64,000 nucleotides of DNA. It comes from Gnetum montanum (taxonomy: Eukaryota > Plantae > Gnetophyta). The stretch covers positions 159,365 through 223,364 of the forward strand of contig MNCI01002388.1 of NCBI GenBank assembly GCA_015680685.1, in the 5' to 3' direction. Made by a program: the position numbers and the translations under genes. The notes below the pieces were generated by a model that worked only from the letters and a program-made list of their open reading frames with translations, searched no databases and was not told the DNA's origin. Every line of letters begins with the position of its first letter. Position 1 is the first letter of the stretch. Shown in pieces: positions 1 to 10,400 of this stretch.

Positions 1-1087
1 GAACCTAAACCGAAGCAAGGTATTATTTACTTAATGATTCAATTACCCTTGCTAATATATGATTGTGTTGTGTGTGCAGATGGCAATCATACAACAACAG
101 AATGGATCTGGAGTAGACACTTGGAATGGAGCAGCACTGAAGCAGCTATGCATGGAGTAGAATGGATAATGCGCTTACGGATGGACAACAGAAGGCGCAA
201 TCTAGGAGTTGGCAGCAGCAAGACCTTTCTTTCTTCTTCTCTTCTATTCTCTCTCCTCTTTTCTCTCAGCTGCCAAATGTGGCCTGATGTCATCATAATA
301 AGGTGTTCACCCTTGTTGTCATGAACACCAGTTTTTGTCAAGTCTTGTAATAAGGATCTGTTCACATGTCATCCCATTAGTTCCATTCCCCTCAATAATC
401 CCATACCTACCTAATATTATTGTAAGGAACTCGAGGAAGAGTTTTCATTCAGTCATGGGGGTATGATGAGACGCGACATGCATAGTGCCGCGATATTGTG
501 TCTTTCCCTGCGATATCGCGTACGCGATATCACGGTCCTCCAGAGTTAGATTAAATATTTGTACATACTCCCTTCATCTCTCAATCCTGGCTAGAAGTAG
601 CGAAGCTCTAGTAGTTTGAACACTCCAGAGTTAGATTAATTTCCCATGTGTCCGCAATAGGAGTCCTAGAGTGAATGGCTATTTATTCGAGCAACTTTGT
701 AACCTGAAGACAAGTTGTGTATGGTAATAAAGACGAACTTGATTAGATAAACCTTGCAGTACATGGTTTTATTTTATTGTTATTTATTGCTTTCCTAGTG
801 CGCATGAGTACGACTTGATTACGAGCATCTACAGATGTGTACGGCTAATCAAGGAATTAGCTGCTCGTCGCAACGCGTGAGTACGACTTAACTACGAGCA
901 TTGGCTGCTTGGTAACCCAGTAGCGTATTCCAGGATCTGTGCTTGGTAATCCCNTGGGAAGACAACGAACGATTAACCCCAAGTGTTTCTTGTGGCGTTA
1001 AGGCATTTAGTCTGCGGAGTTCGACCGGATCGCGCGTACACGCTCGTATTCGTATGGTTGAGTGTAGGGGTACCTCGCCACTCATCA
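1..1087 (+). mobile_element. 3' end of Athila-like Ty3/gypsy element B (3' region, PPT 457-463, 3' LTR 464-1087), inserted into the RNase H region of element A
   Basis: GGGGGTA polypurine tract followed by TGATGAG...CCACTCATCA. The LTR is homologous to the other TGATGA...TCATCA LTRs in the window. Bases 15-460 are homologous to 12865-13332. RNase H-coding sequence resumes right after 1087. Confidence 0.85.
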
Positions 1088-2818
1088 CTATTACATCCAC
1101 TGTGCAAGTCAAAGTATCATTGGTGCACAACTCAATTACACCACAATCAAAAAAGAGTTAATGGTTGTTGTGTTTGCATTAGAAAAATTTAGGCACTATG
1201 TATTGGGCTATAAGATATTTGTACATATGAATCATAATGCAATTTGGTTTCTAATGAATAAACTAATAGTGAGCCCTTGCATCATATGATGGCTCGTGAT
1301 CTTACAAGAGTTCAATCTTACGATGATCAATCGTAAAGGCACCGGGAATGTTGTTGCTGATCATTTATCTCGATTGTGATGGGACAACAAAGATGATGAA
1401 TATTGAATTTCTGACCATTTCCCTGATGAACTCCTCTTTGCAGGTGTGATTTACCCACTGATACAAATTGGTATAGTAGCATTCTCACTTATTTGCTTAC
1501 ACAAGAGACACCACAAGGGTTAGACATTAAAAAGAAATAACAATTTCTTCATCGAGCCAAATATTTCATGGAAATCAACAGACACCTTTATAAGATATGT
1601 CCTAATGGCTTGGTTCGATGGTGTGTTCCCAGTGTAGATCAATTGTGAGTTCTCCAAGATGCTCATGAGGGCCCTTGTGGGGGTCATTATGTGGAGAGAC
1701 GAACAACCATAAAAATCTTGCTTGTAGGATATTATTAGCCTACATTGTTTTGGGATGCTCATCATTTCATCCAATCTTGTAAGCGTTGCCAATGTGATGG
1801 GGGAATGACCGCTAGAATGAAGGGTCCACAACAATGGATTCAACCTTTAGAACCCTTCGACATATGGGGAATTGATTTTATGATGCCTATTACACCGATG
1901 TCCAATGGAAAAGCCTACATTGTTGTTGTTGTTGACTATTTTACCAAGTGGGCAGAAGCAGCCGCTGTTACAGACTATACATCATATACCGCTGCATGAT
2001 TTGTTCAACAACAAATCATAAATAGGTTTGGCATGCCTCGTGCACTTATTTCTGATAATGGTACACACTTTATAGGTTCAACTTGTAGAAAGTTAATGCA
2101 ATGCTTAGGAGTTGAGCACAAACTGACTACACCATATCATCCTCAAGCGAATGGTCAAGCCAAGGTCACCAATATGGAGATCATAAAAATATTGACACAA
2201 ACCATTAGCAAGTATAGGCGAGACTAGAGCATCAAATTGAATGATGCTCTCTAGGCATATTGCTCCACATGGAAACTCCCTATAGGCTACTCTCCCTATG
2301 AGTTAGTATACAGTAAACTTCCGATGCTTCCTATTCAAGTGGAGCTTTGTACACTATCCATAGCATGTGACCTTAACCTTGACCTCAATCTAGCACAAAA
2401 AGAATGGCTAATGAACCTTAACTTGCTAGATGAAAATCGATTAGCCACCCTATCATCTAACAAATTGCACAAGGCATTTAACAAACAATGTCATGACCTA
2501 AGGATTAGGAAGGTCAAATACCAATCGGAAGATAAGGTTCTTTATTGGAATCCCACACATGTACCCCAACAAACTAAATTTCAAATGCTGTGGGAAGGAC
2601 TTTACATCATTCATGAAACTTTTCCTTTAGGGGCCATGATGATCTACAAACCTAAAAGCCTAAATAAGAAGTCATTGGTCAACATCCAGCAAACCAAACT
2701 CTCCCATAAGCCTAAAACAGCCAGTACTAATACTACCTCTGTTGGTGGACAACTGTGCTCATTATTTCACATCTCCTCCTTCCAACTCAGTTGTGGGGGA
2801 GATGGCCACCAATGCTAA
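1088..2818 (+). pseudogene. Degenerate Ty3/gypsy pol: RNase H C-terminal part and integrase (HHCC, DDE, GPY/F)
   Basis: Fragments read KELMVVVFALEKFRHYVLG (RNase H), 'EPFDIWGIDFM...YIVVVVDYFTKWAEA', 'GMPRALISDNGTHF...TTPYHPQANGQAK' and 'KFQMLWEGLYII...FPLGA'. Multiple stops and frameshifts. Confidence 0.92.
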
Positions 2819-3586
2819 CCATTCTAAGCTCTCAATTCCTTTGCTTTTACACATTTTTGTTTTACACATTTTTTCATCTTTACTTATTTTTGTTTTACAC
2901 CATCATTAACATTTTTACTATTTCTTTATTTGATTTATTCTGATTCGTCACATAATAAGTGCTCATGATGGTGGGTTGTATTATAATAAGTGTTGATTAC
3001 TAATGTTTGGGTTTTACCTTTGAATTTCAGTGTTGATGCTAAGATATGGTTTCTTTTGATAAAATAGGCAATGAGTCCATGTCTCCCTTGTTTTGGAAAT
3101 GTACTATCCCTTTTCTAAGAAAACTTATTAATGAATTGGTACCGTAGTACTCTTCAAACCAAAGAAAGATTCAAATGGATGAAAAAGGGTGTGACCTCAA
3201 GGGGATTTGATACATTCGTGTTGGCTATTCTCTTGGGTACTTGGATATTTTTCATAGGTTTTCCACCATCCTGCTTGATGAGTGGCGAGGTACCCCTACA
3301 CTCAACCATACGAAACGAGCGTCGCACGCGCGATCCGGTCGAACTCTACAGATGGACTAGTTGTGGCACCTAGATAGTTAGCCTTAGGTCGCAGTTCGCT
3401 GTCTTCCCATCTAGACTAGTTTTGCATATGTCACGTATGGTTTAGTCTAGATGAGGTGTATGATGTGTTCTAATCTAATGCTACTCCTGAAGGCAGTGGA
3501 AAATAATATTAACTAATTCTAAGCTAAGAGGAAAAGGTAAGAAAATCTAATCTAGCCTAAGTGCGACGAGCAACCGATTCCTTGAT

Positions 3587-4047
3587 NNNNNNNNNNNNNN
3601 NNNNNNNNNNNNNNNNNNNNNNNNNNNNNNNNNNNNNNNNNNNNNNNNNNNNNNNNNNNNNNNNNNNNNNNNNNNNNNNNNNNNNNNNNNNNNNNNNNNN
3701 NNNNNNNNNNNNNNNNNNNNNNNNNNNNNNNNNNNNNNNNNNNNNNNNNNNNNNNNNNNNNNNNNNNNNNNNNNNNNNNNNNNNNNNNNNNNNNNNNNNN
3801 NNNNNNNNNNNNNNNNNNNNNNNNNNNNNNNNNNNNNNNNNNNNNNNNNNNNNNNNNNNNNNNNNNNNNNNNNNNNNNNNNNNNNNNNNNNNNNNNNNNN
3901 NNNNNNNNNNNNNNNNNNNNNNNNNNNNNNNNNNNNNNNNNNNNNNNNNNNNNNNNNNNNNNNNNNNNNNNNNNNNNNNNNNNNNNNNNNNNNNNNNNNN
4001 NNNNNNNNNNNNNNNNNNNNNNNNNNNNNNNNNNNNNNNNNNNNNNN
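3587..4047. other. Assembly gap (N run); further gaps at 8365-9312, 9666-10299 and 10400-11290
   Basis: Runs of n in the sequence. Confidence 1.
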
Positions 4048-4178
4048 CGTCCTGTGCGAACCGCATCTCATCATACCCCCATGACTGAATAAAAACTCGT
4101 CCTTGAGTTACAAGGAGAACAAGCTTCAGTGATTACACAACAATGTGGGATTATTANACAACTACAAAAATGTGGAAC

Positions 4179-6963
4179 TCATGTAGTTCCTGGTGGCGGT
4201 GGCTCCTCCATGGGTGCTTTCCCTTTGTCACGTGCTCTGAGCTTTGAAGGTTGATGACGCTGAAGAATAGCCTAGAGCTTCTCCTCTTCGGTCCGAGGGT
4301 CTTGTGTCGTCCATGCTGATGCTCTGATGTTTGATGGAGTCGGCACTTCCCACGAACAGGGTAGTTGCGAGAACATCTGATTGGCTTTGACATACCATGC
4401 CGCGAACACCCATCGTTCCTCTTCATAGGCTCTGGCTCTATCTTTCTATTCATGAAGTTCTGTTAGTCGTCAAGCCAAGTCGGTTGCCACATCTTTCTGT
4501 CCGTGGTAGCTTTCTTTTACCATCGCAAGTTCAGAATTCGCAACATCTAATTTTTCAGCCAACTTCTTCCGTTCTACAAATTCTACTTCATATTTGATGT
4601 GGATGGAAGCTACCTGCTGCTCGAGCTCTGACCTCGGGCGTCCTGCTGTTAACATGGCTAGGTTGGCATATCGAAGGTTTGCCAACTCCATGTATTCAGT
4701 TAAGTCTTGGATCTGCAGGTCCCGGTTCTTAATTTCCGCCTGGTGGGCATAGGCATAAGTGTCCAAAATGGCCCCCCAATCAGTGTGTTGGGCACTGATG
4801 CTGTTGATTTGAGCTTTGGCCATATGGATCTCCTTCTCCAGGATCTATTTATACATCCCCACCTGATCACGGAAGTGCTCCTTCAACTTCTCATGTTGTT
4901 TAGCCTCATTCTGCCACACACTAATCTCGATGCCTGGTTTCTGTCGAATAGCGCATACCTCCTCCATTGAGAGGGTTCGATTTTCTCTGGCTAAACGACT
5001 TACATCTTGGTTGACTCGAATGAATTGTTCTCGCAGCCGATGAAAGTGCTCATCGAGAACATTCTTTTGCTTCTTCACAGAAGTCAACCAAAGGTTATCT
5101 ACAACCAACTGCTTATTCTCTTCTTGCAAGGCCTTGAGTGCCTTAAGATGCGCATGAGTTTGCGCCTTTGCTACGGAGGCATCCCAAGTGGCCGTCTCCT
5201 TTTCTTCTGCCACCTTCTTATTTTCTGCAATTAGTTTCGTTAGTTGCTCTGTTTTAAAATTGTCTAACTAGTCTGTGGGAACCAATCGCAAGGGATCCCG
5301 CTGTGCTGCTTGTAAGGCGATGAGCTGCTCTTGTAATTTCTGCACTTTAGCCTCAGCATGCTCAGCCCTTACTTCGGATATGACCAGCTTCCCCTTTGTC
5401 GAAATGAGATCTAACTGAATTGCTGTTACATCCTGGGGGATGTCAAAAAGGAACGTTAAAACTTGTTCTGTTTGAAGTAATCTGTCCAATACATCCTCAT
5501 GTTCTGCAGGAGTCATTGAGGTTCCGGCAATATTTTGAGCATCCTATGCTCCTGAAAGATCTGCCGGTGGCACAACAGGTAAATTAAAAGACTCTTTGAT
5601 GTGGTCAGCGACCACCTCAGCTGCTCCCGCAGCATCTTGGTGTTGCATGACCACCCCAGTGGCCCCTTCACCAGTCTCTAACTGAACTTGGAAAGATGCC
5701 GTGTTTCCAGAGATCTGTTGTGACCATCTGCTTTCCCCTCCTCTTGTCTGCAGTGACAACTCACCCCTTGTGCGATCTACTGAAATCGTAGGCTGGCTGG
5801 CATCATCGATGACACGGAAGAGATTGGCAACATCATGACTTCCCCAACTGACCATCTCAACAATGGCCCTCAGATGGCTCATCGATGGTCTATAGTCTTG
5901 CGGCGGTGGTAGATCCTGGCCTGTGCCGGGTCCTGCTTCTTGTTGTTGGCTAGGACCTGTGGCCGGAGGTTGACTGGGTCCTGCAAGTTGAGTTGCAGGG
6001 GGTCCAGCCATCTATTCTTCATCTTCTTCATCTGGTCCCAACTCTTCGCCAATGCTCTTTCTTGGAGCTGGCGCCTTTAACAATTTAGTGTAAAAAGCAT
6101 TTTGGGCCTTTCGGAGGACGTCATTTGTATATTTCCGAATGCCAACCCGACGGCACAGTTTTCTGATAAGACAGGGAAAAGGGAGTGTCATTTTTCCTGT
6201 CTTCCGTTCTTCGAATCGCCTTAGGATCTCCATTAAATATAGATGAGGAAGGTTAGCATTAACCTTTCCCATCAACACCGCACATCCTCTTGCCGCGTAC
6301 GTTGATATTCTTTTTAAACCTTTTGTGGGGAGGAGGTGATAGGTTCCGATTTTGAAATAAACTCTCTTTCGTGGTCAGCTCACCAAAAGCTTTATCTCTG
6401 CCATAAGCCCTTTCTAGCCAATCCTTTCGCACATCAGAGTCTGATCGGGTAGATAACCGAGCAACGTGGGGGCCTGAATTCGGAAGGTTGAACACTTCCG
6501 AAATCGCCTGTGCAGAAAAATCCACTGTCACACCACCGATGTTTACCATGGTGCCTTGCTCCTTATTGTGCCAAAATAGGTACATTTCTCCTAATTACCA
6601 GGCACCTTGTTCAGAGAGGACAGGCCATAAGGGAGATCCTTTGAGGTGATCCCTAACAGCTTCAGGAGCGAACTCTGCAAAAGATTCGAAGTTGAGTTCC
6701 ACAATCATCGAAGCGATTGTGGACTTCGTGTGGATAGCCTGAACACATTCCGGGGGCAACGTGAGTTGTTGTCCCAGTTCAGGCGTAGCAGCTCCTCCTT
6801 CTGCCTGCTCGGATCGTCTGGTAGGAGGTTCTTATTGATGGATGCTGAATGAGTGCACCTCCTATTTGTTATGTTGTCCGGCAGGGCCTTACCTTCTACC
6901 TCTCTTAGGTTGTTTCGCTCCACCTCAAATCAGACTCTTCTGCTGGGAGCATTTCAGGGCCAT
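4179..6963 (-). pseudogene. Retrotransposon extra ORF (Athila env-like/ORF3, 'putative plant transposon protein' type), about 930 codons, disrupted
   Basis: ORF-track pieces 6012-6278, 5544-6011, 5268-5516, 4845-5213 and 4470-4823 are one frame broken only by TAG/TGA (C>T-type) stops. Motifs 'VNIGGVTVDFSAQAISEVFNLP' and 'LPFPCLIRKLCRRVG' resemble the plant Athila ORF3/Transposase_32 domain. A long coiled-coil follows, ending DKGKAPMEEPPPPGTT*. Confidence 0.75.
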
Positions 6964-7428
6964 CTGCAATCACATGGGCCAACATTAGTAAGGTTGTTTA
7001 GCAAATCAAGTTATACCTTACTACTTGCCTTAATTGAAGATCTTATGTTATTGTGTGATCGTGCCTAAAAATGATAATGATGGGTCCTATAACTTAGGTG
7101 GATGTTCATTTTAATATCCTGGTATACTTAAGGGCGTATGATTTTTGGCACAATTTGTCTAAGTGTTAGTATTAATTACCCTAATTGATGTCCTTTGGGC
7201 GATGACAAATTTCAAAAAAGTTAGGCACTTTCCTGCAAGTGTCTCTCCCCCACGACTAAACTGAACACTCCGGGTTCAAGCAGGTTCAAACGGAAATAAA
7301 ATCGGAGTGCCAGCGTGCGAGATATAGGTGAAAAAGCAAGGGTCACGCAATCGCAAGTCGCAGAGAAAAAATTCAAAAACCTCCCCCCGTCTAAATGCCA
7401 AATGAAGCTAAGTGTTGCGGCGGGGGTT

Positions 7429-7490
7429 CCTATTTATAGGAAAAGGGGACACGATATCGTGTATGGTACATCGCGTACGTGATATCTTGT
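7429..7490 (-). promoter_or_regulatory. Putative internal promoter of ORF3 (TATA box CCTATAAATAGG plus GATATC motifs upstream)
   Basis: CCTATTTATAGG on + at 7429-7440, followed by acgatatcgtgta...gtgatatc. This mirrors the LTR U3 arrangement (e.g. 29058-29110 ggtatttatagg...acgatatcgtgta). Confidence 0.5.
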
Positions 7491-10400
7491 CCAAATAGTA
7501 GTGAGACACCTGAAAGAGACCGAATTTTTAATGATTTTTCTTGAAATTAATGTGTAAAATGAGGACATTGACAAGGATTAATGTATTCAAGGGTAATTAT
7601 GTGAATTTGAAAGGCACTTTGAATGATAAGGATGTGAATTCAGCAATTAAAAACTTTGGCAGTTATGAAGAAAAGGGAATGTAATGGTACATTGGAACGT
7701 TAAAGTTTGGAGGGTCAATAAATGGGAAAGAAATTTATGAAAATCAAGCTGAGGGTCACAAATTATGTGATTATGTGAGAGAATTAATGAAGATTACAAC
7801 AAAATTACACAAGTGGATCCTCCCCAAAGCAGGTTTAAACCTATTATGCCCTTGTGTAATCACACTTAAAGTGTCCGTGGGCACTAGAAGGGTTAAATGT
7901 AATCTGCACTAACTCCAAAAAACACACACATGTAAATATCACCGGAATGAGATGAAAATTTTATGTTACATGGGACATGAGCTACAATTACATGAACAGT
8001 GAGATGAGACGAAGTGTAGAAAGGGATCGTAGAGATTGGGACATGAGGTATCTGACCAAGGGTACAATGGATCCTGCGTGAAAAGCATGATTCAGGTGTC
8101 ATTAACCCATTGTTCCAAGATTAGGACCAAGTCCATCCTTCTAATCAGTGACATCGCATTGTTTCATCCCATGATGAACAACTATGAGAGTACCATAACA
8201 ACAAGGCGTACGATCACTTGGCGTTTTATGCAAGGGAGGAGTGATTTTTGTTTTATGGCACTTCTTTTTTCTTTTCTTTTTTTTTTCCTTTTTACTGAAT
8301 CCAGAGAAATTGCCAACCTTCAGGCATGGGTGCATGTCTTTCCAGTGGGACCCCCTAGAACAGCNNNNNNNNNNNNNNNNNNNNNNNNNNNNNNNNNNNN
8401 NNNNNNNNNNNNNNNNNNNNNNNNNNNNNNNNNNNNNNNNNNNNNNNNNNNNNNNNNNNNNNNNNNNNNNNNNNNNNNNNNNNNNNNNNNNNNNNNNNNN
8501 NNNNNNNNNNNNNNNNNNNNNNNNNNNNNNNNNNNNNNNNNNNNNNNNNNNNNNNNNNNNNNNNNNNNNNNNNNNNNNNNNNNNNNNNNNNNNNNNNNNN
8601 NNNNNNNNNNNNNNNNNNNNNNNNNNNNNNNNNNNNNNNNNNNNNNNNNNNNNNNNNNNNNNNNNNNNNNNNNNNNNNNNNNNNNNNNNNNNNNNNNNNN
8701 NNNNNNNNNNNNNNNNNNNNNNNNNNNNNNNNNNNNNNNNNNNNNNNNNNNNNNNNNNNNNNNNNNNNNNNNNNNNNNNNNNNNNNNNNNNNNNNNNNNN
8801 NNNNNNNNNNNNNNNNNNNNNNNNNNNNNNNNNNNNNNNNNNNNNNNNNNNNNNNNNNNNNNNNNNNNNNNNNNNNNNNNNNNNNNNNNNNNNNNNNNNN
8901 NNNNNNNNNNNNNNNNNNNNNNNNNNNNNNNNNNNNNNNNNNNNNNNNNNNNNNNNNNNNNNNNNNNNNNNNNNNNNNNNNNNNNNNNNNNNNNNNNNNN
9001 NNNNNNNNNNNNNNNNNNNNNNNNNNNNNNNNNNNNNNNNNNNNNNNNNNNNNNNNNNNNNNNNNNNNNNNNNNNNNNNNNNNNNNNNNNNNNNNNNNNN
9101 NNNNNNNNNNNNNNNNNNNNNNNNNNNNNNNNNNNNNNNNNNNNNNNNNNNNNNNNNNNNNNNNNNNNNNNNNNNNNNNNNNNNNNNNNNNNNNNNNNNN
9201 NNNNNNNNNNNNNNNNNNNNNNNNNNNNNNNNNNNNNNNNNNNNNNNNNNNNNNNNNNNNNNNNNNNNNNNNNNNNNNNNNNNNNNNNNNNNNNNNNNNN
9301 NNNNNNNNNNNNAATATTGAAGTTGGTCCATACTTATCACCTTGGATTTCACACACTTTATAATAAACACAGTGGGGCACTTCATACGATGTAGTTCCCG
9401 GATAACAAGTTGACCCACTATGATGTTTAGGATCGTTAGATGGTGTGCAAGGGTTGGGCTGATGCCTCCCATGGTTGTGTTCATTGGGCCTTATAGTTGT
9501 TGGAGTGTAAGTTGGTGGCCCTGATGAAGTTACATGAGGCGTTGGGTTCGAAGGTAAGGGTGCACCACATTGTTGGACTTGTGCTGAGTTGGAAGTTGCA
9601 GTGGCCTCAGAGTTATGTTGTCCCTTCCTATGGCCGTGTTTAAAGAAAGGACGCCTTTGATGTTGNNNNNNNNNNNNNNNNNNNNNNNNNNNNNNNNNNN
9701 NNNNNNNNNNNNNNNNNNNNNNNNNNNNNNNNNNNNNNNNNNNNNNNNNNNNNNNNNNNNNNNNNNNNNNNNNNNNNNNNNNNNNNNNNNNNNNNNNNNN
9801 NNNNNNNNNNNNNNNNNNNNNNNNNNNNNNNNNNNNNNNNNNNNNNNNNNNNNNNNNNNNNNNNNNNNNNNNNNNNNNNNNNNNNNNNNNNNNNNNNNNN
9901 NNNNNNNNNNNNNNNNNNNNNNNNNNNNNNNNNNNNNNNNNNNNNNNNNNNNNNNNNNNNNNNNNNNNNNNNNNNNNNNNNNNNNNNNNNNNNNNNNNNN
10001 NNNNNNNNNNNNNNNNNNNNNNNNNNNNNNNNNNNNNNNNNNNNNNNNNNNNNNNNNNNNNNNNNNNNNNNNNNNNNNNNNNNNNNNNNNNNNNNNNNNN
10101 NNNNNNNNNNNNNNNNNNNNNNNNNNNNNNNNNNNNNNNNNNNNNNNNNNNNNNNNNNNNNNNNNNNNNNNNNNNNNNNNNNNNNNNNNNNNNNNNNNNN
10201 NNNNNNNNNNNNNNNNNNNNNNNNNNNNNNNNNNNNNNNNNNNNNNNNNNNNNNNNNNNNNNNNNNNNNNNNNNNNNNNNNNNNNNNNNNNNNNNNNNNC
10301 AATAGTGAATAATATCTTTCTAAGGCCATGTCCAAGGGTTCATGTTTTTCTTGTTTCCATCCTTGGATTTGTTTCCTCAAGGCTGACACTCTTGCGTAGN

